Position numbers and translations under genes: made by a program. A DNA stretch of 63,469 bases, counting the filler, from Squatina squatina (Eukaryota), in the NCBI GenBank assembly GCA_031763465.1. It is 4 parts of 3 records of this genome, joined end to end, with 100 filler letters (N's around TTAATTAATTAA, not from the genome) between each part and the next. Parts side by side here need not be neighbours in the genome. Positions count along the whole stretch, not along the records: positions 12,536 to 29,850 come from JARFOE010000233.1; positions 29,951 to 50,137 come from JARFOE010000046.1; 2 more parts are not named here. One strand, 5' to 3'. Shown here piece after piece: positions 26,720-38,774 of this stretch (position 1 is its first letter; each line of letters opens with the position of its first letter). Under the pieces are notes generated by a model. The model was not told the DNA's origin. It made no database searches and worked only from the letters and a program-made list of their open reading frames with translations.

Positions 26720-27170
26720 GAAAGAACGAACTTGCAGTTACATAGCACCTTTCATGACTTCAAGATGTCTTAAAGTGATGTACAGCCAATTAAGTGCTTT
26801 TGGAGTGTAGGCACTGTTGTGATTTGGGAAAATGTGGCAGCCAATTTGCGCACAGCAATGTCCCACAAATAGCAATGAGGTAAATCATCAGATAATCTGT
26901 TTTTAGGTGTTGGGTGAGCGACAAATATTGGCCAGGACACTGGGGAGAACTGCCTTGCTCTTCTTTAAATAGTACCATGGGATTTTTTACATCCATGTGA
27001 AAGGGGAAAAGGGGCCTTGGTTTAACATCTCATATGAAAGATGGCATATTTGACAGTACTCATTTGATACTGCACTAAAGTGTCATCTTAGATTATGTCC
27101 TTGGGGTGAGACTTGAACCCACAACTTTCTGATTTGGGGGCAAGAGCACTACGCATGAGCCAGGGCTGAC
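26720..27170 (-). mobile_element. Deu-domain SINE (SacSINE1/AmnSINE1 superfamily), near full length
   Basis: tRNA-like head (GGGTTCAAGTC B-box on the minus strand), Deu-like core (TGTCCTGGCCAATATTT, TGTGCGCAAATTGGCTGCC) and L2-like tail. Partial copies lie at about 5325-5418, 31641-31775 and 41000-41244. Confidence 0.75.
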
Positions 27171-29317
27171 ATTGGCTGAAATTCTCAATATTAGGGTAAG
27201 CTCAGTAACAGTAAATGCTCATCCATGAAATGCTTACATCATTATTTTACTAAATTAGTTAAACAGCAATCAATGGGTTGTGCAGTAACATGAGTGCACA
27301 ACATTGATTGACTAGAAGGTTTTTTTAGTTGATTTTTGGCTGTTGTATTTCCAGCATTAAGTGAGTATGAATAATTCAGCAGTTTTCATTGTTCAGTTCC
27401 TTCTTCTGTTGTGCAGAGATTTAGAAAGTGGTAAACATGTCAGACAGCCCACATTGCGTTTACCTTGGCGATTCTCACTGCTTTTTGGTGCTGACCTCGC
27501 AGTCTCACGGAACAAATCCCACACCTCACATTTTTAAATGCCCACAATTATTTTATGTTTAACTGCACAGACTTGTACTATGACTTTGCAATTTGCACGA
27601 ATAACAGTTTCAAAAGTCTTAAAATTGCAAAAATTGGCCAGTGAACTCTGATTTTGGCACTGAAAGACGGAACAGTTTTTGGTGTGGTGAGGATGTTGAG
27701 GATCTTGGGGTTTGGTTCATTTTGCCCAACAATCTTGCTGGAACTTACTTTGGGCACCCTTGCAGCCTGAATACAGCATCATCTGACTTCCAAGGAGAAA
27801 AACCAAAGAATCCCTGGGTTTGGAAAGTTTGTGAGGTTTTATGCAAGGTTTAACACTGTCACTAATCATCTGCTTCAATGGCCACTCAACCTCTGCCTCA
27901 GATGAACAGACAGGGTCCAGGAACAGCATGAAATGCATGGGCAGACTGGGAAAGTTAAAAATGAGTGAAATATCACTGTTAAGGACAGCTAAAGAAGGCA
28001 ATAATTGGCTCAATTGCCTCCCCTGCCGCTCCCAGTTGGGTCTGTTCAGCACTGACAGACCCGACTTTTGGGAAAGACGCATGGCGGCAGATTGACAGAG
28101 GGGTCCCAACTTTCTGCTAATCTTTGTCAATTTGTAGGCTGACCCAGCACCAGTCCCGCCCAGTGAACACCAGCGAAATCACTGCCTAAATGTCTAAAGA
28201 GGNNNNNNNNNNNNNNNNNNNNNNNNNNNNNNNNNNNNNNNNNNNNNNNNNNNNNNNNNNNNNNNNNNNNNNNNNNNNNNNNNNNNNNNNNNNNNNNNNN
28301 NNCTGTATAGATTTACTGTAATTTGTTATTTTCTGTCTTCTAAAACTTTGCATTCCTTACACAGATTGAAGGCTTTGTTTGCTTCTCCTGTGTGCAGCCA
28401 GCCAACTCGTTTAGTGTGAATGTAATACAAAACAGTTTAAAAGTTTCACTTCCAAGCTGTCCTGCTCGATTAGCGGTAACAGAAGTCCACAATTCTGTGG
28501 TTACTAATTCGATTCCCTGAGAAGCCTGGCACTCTGCTCCGGCAGCTGCATGTAATGGTTTCCATGGTAACTTCATCCAGTTCTTTGGCATCACTTTATG
28601 GGCACGAATTACTGGCACTGCACATTGTGCCACTGTAGCGAGTGCATCTCTTGTCAGCTGTTCACAGGGCAGTATTGGCATTGCATTCCTTGAGGTCAGG
28701 CAGTAACTAAAATTGTTGCAGGGAAAGGTGAAAATGGGCCTCTCGGCGTCAGACCTTTTGGAATGTAGTATAATGCAGAGCTGGAGGTTCAGATGAATTC
28801 AGAAGCTGGATTCCTATTCAGATTTCCCTAAAGTTCAAAGAATATATTTTTTTGAAAACTGCAGAGAGAGATACAAAATAAGAGAATTTATTACTGAAAC
28901 TGTAGAAATAGAAAAAAAAGAAAACAATGCAAATTATAGAAACGACAGAGAGAATCGGAAGCAGATGGGAGCTTCATTTAGATAGAGAGTAGCAACAACA
29001 CAAAGACATCAGAGACAGGTATGAGAGTGACCATTTCATTGATTTATTGTGTGCATCACCATGGGAGATTGACTAGCATTATGTAGTAAATTTGCTTTGT
29101 ATGTTGCCCGCTCCCCATTTGGGCATCAGTTCCCTGTCATGCCTTTTGATGACACCTCAATAGGATTTTCCTGTTATAAAGCTACCTGTCAACACAGTCA
29201 CACCTGCAGCGACACATTTTTTACCAACAGACAGAATGTCAAAAACTCCACTTCCCTAGCTTTCTGAAAAATTTCAGAGATTCTTTTTTGCACTTTGGAT
29301 ACCCTTCAATTAAGTTT

Positions 29318-29840
29318 TAGGGGCCAAAATTCATTCACGCCTCATCAGGGGGCTTACGGGGCGGGAAGCGGCATTTCTCGCACTGGCTCCCGCCCTGCCC
29401 GCCGCAGAATTAGTCATTCCAGGGCAAGAGCGAGCCACAGCGCGCTCCCGGCTGGAACTGGGGGGGGGGGCTGGTCAGCGACGCTGCGCGCTGACATCAG
29501 CAGCACTGCCAGGCCTCCCTTAATCCTGACAGGGCCCCGCGGTGCTCCACTGGGTCACCAGTAATGGGGCCACCAACCTGGCATGCCAATCAGTGTGCCA
29601 GGTGAGAGAATGGTGGCCCGATCAGGCCGTTGGCCACCATCAGTCGGCCTACATGAGAGTCAGCCGACAAATAAATATGACGGCTGCAGGCACACAGGCC
29701 CTCCCCTTTAAGGCCTTTGCGCCCCAGCTGAATTCCCCGGGAGGCGAGATGGCTGCCTCCCAGCGCCATTTTGTCCTGTTGCATCACATTAGTGCACCTC
29801 GGAGGAGCTAATGGGCGCAACAGGAGATGAATTTCTAGAG
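29318..29840. mobile_element. GC-rich non-autonomous DNA element (MITE-like)
   Basis: Abrupt GC-rich island with imperfect inverted ends (GGGGCCAAAATTCA ... TGAATTTCT). Confidence 0.45.
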
Positions 29841-29850
29841 TTTTTCTTAA

Positions 29851-29950
29851 NNNNNNNNNNNNNNNNNNNNNNNNNNNNNNNNNNNNNNNNNNNNTTAATT
29901 AATTAANNNNNNNNNNNNNNNNNNNNNNNNNNNNNNNNNNNNNNNNNNNN
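29851..29950. other. Artificial scaffold-joining spacer
   Basis: TTAATTAATTAA at 29895-29906 flanked by 44 N on each side. Confidence 0.95.
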
Positions 29951-32900
29951 CTAGTGCCACGTTTCCAGCGCTCGCGCGATAGTGCCCATTTAGCACCGAT
30001 GCTAAACTGAGGCCAATTTCGCAAATTTTAATTTAGCGCCAAAAATCACAAACGCCCGTTCTACGCCCATTTAGCGCTGGCGCCGGAGTGCCAATTGGGC
30101 GGCCCTAGGCTTCAATCTTCCAATATTTAATTGGACGGGTGCTGATAACATCAACAAAGAGTTATTTGAGTCTCATTTAAATGGAAATGCCAGATTTGGA
30201 GGCAGTGCAATTCAAGATCTGCAACTGATATATAAATAAGAGACCTAACTGTATCTATCATCGCAACATGTCACAATAAAACAGTGTGCCTGATATTAAG
30301 TTCTGACAGTGAAACATGAAATCTATACCACAATCGAACCGTGTATCGAATATCACCTTCAGGCAGTGTATCGGATGTGACAATATCTCAATATAAAAGA
30401 TATCACTGTATCTGTCATCACAAGATAGGATCTTCATGACCTGTAGGTACACAACAGGTTAGATTTAGCTTTCTTGTCTACCCTATTGCACTTTGAAAAC
30501 TTAAAGCAAGTTCCAATAACCCTGGCGATAAGGATCTTGGGGAGCATTTGTTTAACGTAAGACTCCACTCAAGCCACTTTCGTCCCACTTCTGGTGATTT
30601 GAAAATGAATTTATTGGCGAGCGATGTAAGCCTGAACTGCAGGCCTGTCAGCCGTCACTTCCCAATGGCTGCGGCCATTAATCGTTCTGCAGTCAGCTGT
30701 GAGACAGCATTTCCACATCGACCTCTTACACAAGCCTGGCTGCTCATTTAGTAGAGTTTCCAGGCTTGGAATGTAAACCATTTTCCTCAGGAATGCGTAA
30801 GCAAGACATAAAAAAGGGATTTTGCCAATTGACGGGACAGGCTGTTATAAACCTCAGGCCTGATCGCTAACCTAGAGAGGCTGGAGGATCCCAGAATGAT
30901 TGGAGGTCGTGTATTTCTCAGAAACGATGTAATCTGCAGCCATAGATCTCGAGTGGCATGTTTGAAGTTAGAAAATGGTTTATTTATATAATAATATATT
31001 ACAGATCGAGAGGACATTTGGCAAGTAACTGAAATACAAACGGGAGATTATATATGGGGACTTTAAGTGGCGATAAGTTGGAATCCTTTATTTGTATGTA
31101 TCACTCGAGAGGGACTGTTATGGAAAAGACTTAATACTTCAAAGCCCAGAGGTCAACAAACAGTTTAAATTAGGAAGGACACAGCCCAGAAACAGGTGCC
31201 GTGTTAGGACTGATAATAAACTCTGCTTAAACCCAGCCTGCAGCACGAGGTAGGCATTAGGACCAGTTCTGGGGCAGGAGGGACCTGCTTATCGTAGACC
31301 TCAACAGAGCTGCAAACAATGTCCTCACAGGGAGGTTAACTCGTGCTGTGGGAAAGGGTTTCAGTTAATTTCACAGGGGGATGGGCAGCAGGATGAAACA
31401 TTAGCGAGGAGGAACAAGGTGCAGAGAGGACTGGGAGAGACAAACAGCACGAGAGTAAAGAATAGTTCACAAATAGGAGCGGGCAAATGCGAGGCAGTCC
31501 GTGAGTGTAAATACACGGAGCGTGGTAAGTAAGGTCGGTGNNNNNNNNNNNNNNNNNNNNNNNNNNNNNNNNNNNNNNNNNNNNNNNNNNNNNNNNNNNN
31601 NNNNNNNNNNNNNNNNNNNNNNNNNNNNNNNNNNNNNNNNTAAATATTGGCCAGGACACCGGTGGTGGTGGTGGGTGGGGACCCCCCTGGTCTTCTTCGA
31701 AATAGTGGCCCTGGAATCTTTGACATCCATCTGAGAGAGCAGATGGAGCCTCGGTTTAATGGCTCATTCTTCATGACAGAGGAGTCCATGAGCTCCTGGC
31801 ACCTGTGAGAGTGGAGGGAGCAGGGGAGAGGGCTTCAAGAATTTGGTTGGTGAAGAGAAGCCAGGCACTTATCGTTGCAATCCAGAATAATCCTCGAATA
31901 GTGAAGAGTGTTGGCGGAGAGCTAAGGTTATGTGGATGATGGCCAGCCAAGTCTGGCGATGAATAACTCTGCTACTTGGCCTGGTTTGTAGCATTATTAA
32001 TACAAAGACATCAACTTAAATATAAAACCCTGTAGCATTATTAATACAAAACAAAAATATGCCCCCTGAAATAAATCACTTTAGAAGACTCACTGATAAA
32101 AGTATTCAAGAATTTAAGACTTTTTTTAATGTACTATTAATTGCAGTTAAAATACACCAGCTATTTCTTGTGAATTCTGCTTCAGTATTTTTAAATATCA
32201 AACCTAAATGTACTTTTCCTGGAATACCCAAGAAGCCCTGGAGTAACAGTTGCTGCAGCCCAGTTGTGTGGTTGGAAAGTCTGATTAGTTGCAACTTGTT
32301 TGTCCAGTCAGCGATTGTAAGCGATGATTCTACTTGAACTCCTGATAAGGAGGTAGGATTTGTGAAAACAGCTATTGACGCAGCACCGCCGATTCGCACA
32401 TTGCTGTCGGCGCTTTCTGTGATACTGCTGGTTTGTTTATCTCTGATCCAGGAGGCTCCCTCTTATCAGCAGCTACAAGGCAGGCAAGGGGTTAATATGC
32501 CCGGCCTGGCAGACAGCGCGGAGCCACACAAAATACCGATTTGACATTAAAAAGCCAGCGTGCAGCAATAGATAAATGGATGGAAAAACAAGAATGAGCT
32601 GCTGATTGTAGGTGCTTGCAGTGCTNNNNNNNNNNNNNNNNNNNNNNNNNNNNNNNNNNNNNNNNNNNNNNNNNNNNNNNNNNNNNNNNNNNNNNNNNNN
32701 NNNNNNNNNNNNNNNNNNNNNNNNNGTTTCTGGCTGGGGTGGAGGTCACCTTTTACAGAAGGTCGGTACTGGGCCACAGTGATCGCCTGGGCTAGTTTTG
32801 ATCGCCTCGATGGGTCAGAGAGGAATTTCCAAGTTTTTCCTCCCCCAAATTACTTTGGGTCTTTTATCTGTTTTTTGGCACCCGCTGGAGATCACATGGT

Positions 32901-33082
32901 TTTGGCTGGGGTGACTACGTTGTGATACACAGGGTATCAGGATTGTGTGGGACAGGCTTGATGGACCAGAAGGTATTTAACTCTCTGTCATTGTTCCTAA
33001 GGGTGGATATGGCGCTATGGACACTAGAGGCTTCGGGCCAATTCAGTTGACTGGTTTCAACTCGTACAGGGTCTTACAATGA

Positions 33083-33240
33083 ACAACAACAACTTGCATT
33101 TATATATAGTGCCTTTAATATAATAAAACATCCCAAGGTGCTACACAGGAGCGTAATCAGACAAAAACAGGCACNNNNNNNNNNGGTTTGGGGATGGTAT
33201 TCCAGAGCTGAGGGCCTAGACAGCTGCAGGCACGGCCACC
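33083..33240 (-). mobile_element. L2 LINE 3' end
   Basis: AACAACAACAACTTGCATTTATATATAGTGCCTTTAA tail, complementary to the end of the copy at 46655-47090. Confidence 0.65.
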
Positions 33241-33483
33241 AATCATTAGAATGGTTACAGCACGGAAGGAGGCCATTCGGCCCGTCGAGCTTGGCCCGCT
33301 CTCCTCCGCCCTTTCCCTGTAACCCTGCAAAACTTTTTCTTTCAGATGCTTATCCAGTTCCCTTTTGAAAGCTGCAATTAGATTGGCCTCCACCACGCTC
33401 TCAGGCAGTGCACTCCCAGATCCGAACCACTCGCTGCGTGAAAAAAGGTTTTTGTTGCATCGCCTTAAATCGGTGTCCTCTGG
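33241..33483 (-). mobile_element. CR1 LINE 3' end
   Basis: Minus-strand translation ALPESVVEANLIAAFKRELDKHLK (CR1 ORF2 C-terminus) plus tail. Confidence 0.8.
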
Positions 33484-35149
33484 NNNNNNNNNNNNNNNNN
33501 NNNNNNNNNNNNNNNNNNNNNNNNNNNNNNNNNNNNNNNNNNNNNNNNNNNNNNNNNNNNNNNNNNNNNNNNNNNNNNNNNNNTATGTTTCTAACACATC
33601 GAATATAAAATCCTCCTCATTGACTCCACAGTCTCAGTCCAATTTATTTCTGCAACTTAATGCAGAATTATCTCCGTTCACATTCCCTGTAGTCCTGTCG
33701 CTGTCCACTCACTCTCTTGCACCATAGGTGGCAAAACCTTCTGTTCCCTCAGCCCTAACATCCTAAAACCCCTCTACCTGTTGCTATGTCTTCTCACACA
33801 CACTGTAAACCTATCTCTTTGATCAAGCTTTCAGTCAACTCTCTTCACTTTCTCACGAATGCTTTCAGTTCACTTCATTCTTCCTCAGTTCCTTTTTTTT
33901 CTTCAAGATGCTGTTACTGAAAACATTTGTTTTTTTTACCCCGGTACTGCTTATGAAAATAACATGCTGCAATTCAGATTTTCTACCTTTCGATGTTGAA
34001 CTGCCTCACTTACTTTGAGAATTCTAGACAAGAAAAATAAATATTGTCTGCAGTCTTTTTCCTCTCCCCCACTTGCCTTTCAACAGCTGGTGAAGTGGTT
34101 CCCCATTCACTTACCTGTACAGACCCAGGCCACACTGAAACCATCCACACTCCCTCCACCACCAATCTATTGATATCAGATGCTAACAATCACAGAGCAC
34201 CGTAACTGCTTGTACAATTCTTGTTCTACCAATGATGCTCAACCAATGTCAATCAGCATTGGACCCTCTGTGTGTGCATTGGGAGAGCACTGAGTAGATA
34301 TTCCGGGCTGGATTCTAAAGCTGTGTCTTTGCAGTGAGTAAAGTGAATCATATTCAGAAAAGAGTTGTCTCTGTGTTTTGTTAACTGATGAGCTGTGTGA
34401 GAATATTTCTGTCCACCTTCAACTCTTTTTCTATTTGTTGTCTGATCCATCAAGACCTGGTTGTTGATATTTGCCCACTGGATTGCAATGTTATATTTAC
34501 TCCAATGTTCCAAAGAGAAAATAAGGTCCCAGTCTGTAGTAAAAGCAGATGCTGTCCCTGTGCTCCCTGTACTTTGTGTGTAACAGTGTTATTTCAGTTA
34601 CTATTTAATATCTAATATAAGGTAGTTCTGGACTTACCCTGATCCACCTCAATAGTTTTGATGCAATTTTAATTACAGAGTCTTTTTTCTACATTTCACA
34701 CAAATGCAAATTCTTCTCTTCTGTTCCAAAGTGCCACTCTCAGCTTTTCCCCTCTTCCTCCCCCAAAGTCCCACTCCCAGCCTCTGTTATTTCCCTCTGC
34801 CCACCATCTCTCCTATACAGTGCCATCATTTCCATCCTTCCCTCTCCCATACATGGCCACTGATTCCCTGCCCTTCCCTCTTCCCTTAGTCCTGCTCCCA
34901 GCTGAATGCTTGTTTGAAGCCGAGAGTCTGCAGCAGCTGGAATCGCTTCAAAATAGCAGCAGAACTCAGTTAGAAGTGGCATTGAGAGAGAGAGGCCAGT
35001 TTTTAGTTCAATGCTGATATGTGCACCAGGCCCCCACATGCTGACTGTAAGCAGGAAGTGCTGATGGTTGACACGTATGAAGCAACTTTATATGTAACAG
35101 TTTTATATCAGTAACTCTTTAATATCTACTGTGAGGTAACTGCACTTAC

Positions 35150-35419
35150 ATTGGGACACCGAAAAATCTGCTTGTCCTGTGCGAATAATAGATCCATTTT
35201 CCAGCACTTCACACGTGAACATATCCTTATCCTCGACTGCAACATGTTTGACTATCAGATAGACTGTGTTATTGATTCGGATCTGATCAGTGTTCCTCCT
35301 GTTCTGCTGAGATGAGTCTCTCTGTTTCCAGTGAAGACTGACTGTATCTGAGAGTTTGGAGATGGTACAGCTGAGTGTAACATCACTGCCCACCACAGCA
35401 CTCTGTGGACTTGACTCAA
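35150..35419 (-). CDS. Immunoglobulin-superfamily domain exon (phase 1/1), gene unidentified
   Basis: VESSPQSAVVGSDVTLSCTISKLSDTVSLHWK...LIVKHVAVEDKDMFTCEV...FSVSQ shows the B-strand Cys, C-strand Trp and D-x-x-x-F-x-C. 270 nt between TTCACAG and GTAAGT. Confidence 0.85.
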
Positions 35420-36844
35420 CTGTGAAAAACAATTCAATCAGATTTAGTGTAAGTAGTGACAGGTACAATCCAATGATTAGGTTCTAACTGACCATAGGAT
35501 GTGACCATTACCAGCACTTGTACCTTGCTGCATTAAAGGGTCAGGCCAGATTACACACAGTGCATTTTAACAGTAGAATAACACAATGGGCCCGAAAACT
35601 CTCAGTCCAGCTTTGCCAGCTTAACTGAGGCAGAATGGGGTCGGTGATCTTTACCCCTGACCCTATTGGAGGATCTGGGGTCAGGTCAAGGTTACATAGT
35701 TTGGATGGCACAATGGACAAATGATGGAATCTCACCAGAGGAGGGTGTGATAGAAATATAGGGCCTTATTGTCAGACATGGAGAAGGTTCCAGTCCTACT
35801 CTGCTCTCAATATGCCTTGCACACTTCAGCAAGACCACCCAACACATGCACTGGGAGCCTGTGCACAAAACCCACATCAAAATTCATTATAGGCACAGAA
35901 GTTACTTAAATTAGCGGGCTCCCAAAATGCTCCAGAGCAGGGCTCCAATCATTGAGAGTCCATGAGGGACAGCACTTCAGGAGAGGCTTGTTCTAAAAAT
36001 ACCCACCCTGATATTCAGTCCCACCTGCAACATGATAGGTGATAATCAAATCTTCAACATGGACTTTTATTTTCANNNNNNNNNNNNNNNNNNNNNNNNN
36101 NNNNNNNNNNNNNNNNNNNNNNNNNNNNNNNNNNNNNNNNNNNNNNNNNNNNNNNNNNNNNNNNNNNNNNNNNNNTCCTTCTGTGCTGTACTGTTCTATA
36201 TTTCCATGAGATGGGCATAGCTACCAAGACCAGGATTTATTGCCTGTCCCTAGCTGCCTTGAGAAGATGGTGTTGAAACATTTTCTTCAATCGCTGCCGT
36301 CCCTGTGGTAAAGGTACTCCCACAGTGCTGTTAGTTAGGGAGTTCCAGGAGTTTGACTGAGTGACAATGAAGGAACGGTGATACGTGTCCAAATTGTAAT
36401 GGTGTGTGCCTTGGAGGGGAACTTGGAGGTGATGGTATTCCCATGCACCAGCTGCCCTTGTCCTTCTAGGAGGTAGAGATCTTGGGTCTGGGAGGTGCTG
36501 TCAAAGATCAAAATCACCCCATCTGTCTGCACTTTCTATTAAAAGAAAGAGTATGTCATGTCGTAGGTTACCTTCCTCAGTTATAACAATTCCATACTCC
36601 TTCATGTCCATTATTGCTTAATTAGAACCCGCAGCATGACGAGGTGATTTTTCTTCAGTTTTTTTTTAACTGAAATCTGAAACTTCTTTTTAACATAGTC
36701 TTCTAAAAATATCTGATATTTGTTTTTTGCTTAGCAAGGAATGAGTGGTGTCAGTGTTTAGGAATTGGAGGTTTTTGAGTTCGTCATATTTTCAACCAGG
36801 GGTAGCTTCAAGCACTCAGAGATGAGCCGTAGCCCTGATTCGGG

Positions 36845-37462
36845 CATGGATGTCTTACTGCAGTTATACAGGGCCTTGGTGAGATCACACCTGGAGTATT
36901 GTGTACAGTTTTGGTCTCCTTATCTGAGGAAGGATACACTTACCATAGAGTGCAGCGAATGTTCACCAGACTGATTCCGGGGATGAGGAGATGAGGAGAT
37001 GATTGGGTCGTATGAGGAGAGATTGGGTCGACTGGGCCTGGATTCACTAGAGTTTAGAATAATGAGAGGAGATCTCATTGAAGCATATAAAATTCTGACA
37101 GGGCTTAACAGACTAGATGCAGGGATGATGTTTCCCCTGGCTGGGGAGTCTAGAACCAGGGGTCACAGTCTCAGGATACAGGGTAAGCCATTTAGGACTG
37201 AGATGAGGAGAAATTTCTTCACACAGAGGGTAGTGAACTTGTGGAATTCTCTACCACAGAAGGTTGTGGAGGCCGAGTCACTGAGTATATTCAAGAAGGA
37301 GATAGATAAGATTTTTAGACACTAAAGACATCGAGGGGTCTGGGGAGAAAGCAGGAATATGGCAATGAGATAGATGATCAGCCATGATCATATTGAAGAC
37401 GGAGCAGGCTCGAAGGGCCGAATGGCCTACTCCTGCTCCTATTTCCTATGTTTCTATGCTTC
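36845..37462 (+). mobile_element. CR1 LINE ORF2 C-terminus plus 3' tail
   Basis: LLQLYRALVRSHLEYCVQFWSPY...SYEERLGRLGL...RGDLIEAYKIL...NFFTQRVVNLWNSLP, with frameshifts. Confidence 0.95.
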
Positions 37463-37703
37463 TAATGCTTGACCAAAACCTCCTTTAGTACAAGGTGAAG
37501 AATATTTATTTGTCTGCCTTCTGACAATGCCTGTAGCACAGACCCAATTCCATAAATATAGGCCTGTTCAGAAATAGCAAAACAAAAAGTCGAATACAAC
37601 TTTTTGTTGGGATTTGTGTGGTGAAAGCGGCTGATGAGGGTTTAAAGCCTTAACCGGAAGAAATCTAGGATAAATTTGTTTTTTAAAATAAAATCTGTTG
37701 CAG

Positions 37704-37763
37704 CGTCCATTCGACAGCAACCTTGCGACGCAGGGGAATAGACTAGCCACGTATCTAAATTAT
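37704..37763 (+). CDS. P4HA2: Prolyl 4-hydroxylase alpha-2, mutually exclusive exon (60 nt)
   Basis: TTGCAG|RPFDSNLATQGNRLATYLNY|GTAAGT matches the recalled P4HA2 alternative exon RPFDSGLKTEGNRLATFLNY. Confidence 0.9.
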
Positions 37764-37837
37764 GTAAGTACCCATGGCAGCTCATCCGTGGTGCGTGCTC
37801 TTGCTGTGCGTGTTTTCATTCTCATTTCGTTTTATAG

Positions 37838-37903
37838 AAAGATGAACCTGATGCTTTCAAAGAATTAGGCACTGGAAATCGCCTTGCCACTTTTTTAAAC
37901 TAT
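37838..37903 (+). CDS. P4HA2: Prolyl 4-hydroxylase alpha-2, mutually exclusive exon (66 nt)
   Basis: TTTATAG|KDEPDAFKELGTGNRLATFLNY|GTAAGT. Confidence 0.92.
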
Positions 37904-38114
37904 GTAAGTATATGTGACAGTCAGTTGGGTAGGAGGTACGCTTACAAATTGAATGGGTCAACAGGTAAGCTAATCTTCTTCTCATTCTCGACCCATCCAG
38001 TATATCTTCCGGCTTCTCATGCTCTTCAACGTGAGAGGAGCTGAAGATGAGGAGAGATGTTCCTGTTATTGCGCCTGGATAATTTGGATCATCTGGGTGC
38101 AGTGGAAAATCACG

Positions 38115-38257
38115 TGGAAGGATCGGTCATCAGTAACAGAGTCCATGCATTTGGCCAGTCACCCAACCTGTCCAAATCAGACTGGGGTTTCTCTGCATCC
38201 TCCTCACAGCACACACACCCACCCAGCTTTGTGTCATTGGCAAACTTGGAGATATTA
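38115..38257 (-). mobile_element. CR1 reverse transcriptase fragment
   Basis: ISKFANDTKLGG...QSDLDRLGDW, a degenerate FADD region. Confidence 0.85.
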
Positions 38258-38363
38258 NNNNNNNNNNNNNNNNNNNNNNNNNNNNNNNNNNNNNNNNNNN
38301 NNNNNNNNNNNNNNNNNNNNNNNNNNNNNNNNNNNNNNNNNNNNNNNNNNNNNNNNNCCTCTT

Positions 38364-38528
38364 TCAAAGGATGTTCACTTTGACCCCCATCCAGTGGTAT
38401 TTTGTGCTTAAATGCCTTCTGCTGCGGCTGTTTCTGTTGATGCCTTGCAAGAGATTAGTGAACCTTGCCAGGAACTCTCTTGACCTCACTTTTACTACTT
38501 CAGGATGTTGGCAATCTATTCTTATCAA
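38364..38528 (-). CDS. Short-chain four-helix cytokine (IL-5-like), exon 4
   Basis: TTTTAG|LIRIDCQHPEVVKVRSREFLARFTNLLQGINRNSRSRRHLSTKYHWMGVKVNIL*; contains a Cys and the amphipathic helix D (FL..F..LL). Confidence 0.85.
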   Translation of the reverse strand: MIRIDCQHPEVVKVRSREFLARFTNLLQGINRNSRSRRHLSTKYHWMGVKVNIL

Positions 38529-38633
38529 CTAAAATGTATTTGTAAAAGCATCATTAGTCAAGTGACAATTGAAAATTGACAATTTAAGGATGTGTTTCTA
38601 AAACTGGACATCTCAAATAAAAGCAAAACATAC

Positions 38634-38774
38634 CGTGTTTTCCTTTTCTCTTTCTAAGTTCGACAGGATACGGTCCATAACTACTCCAAGTTCGCCCTGA
38701 CTATCATCAGTTATATTGACTTTCTTCAGTCCTTCCTGGAACTTGTCAAGAGCTTCGTTACTACATCCGTTATC
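38634..38774 (-). CDS. Short-chain four-helix cytokine (IL-5-like), exon 3
   Basis: CATTAG|DNGCSNEALDKFQEGLKKVNITDDSQGELGVVMDRILSNLEREKENT|GTATGT; 141 nt, phase 0/0; helices B and C; N-I-T sequon. Confidence 0.88.

Noticed and set aside
31987-32050. 20-bp direct repeat TGTAGCATTATTAATACAAA occurring twice with a 24-nt spacer
   Set aside because: Only two units in a eukaryotic context; a local duplication, not a CRISPR array.
32362-32544. 60-aa ORF with a signal-peptide-like stretch, considered as a second cytokine exon 1
   Set aside because: Starts at GTG, has no convincing donor or downstream phase-0 exons, and shows no helix-A pattern.
36572-36611. Minus-strand ATG...GAAG|GTAACC mini-exon (MDMKEYGIVITEE) as a leader for the Ig gene
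   Set aside because: Not hydrophobic like a signal peptide, and separated from the Ig exon by a gap.
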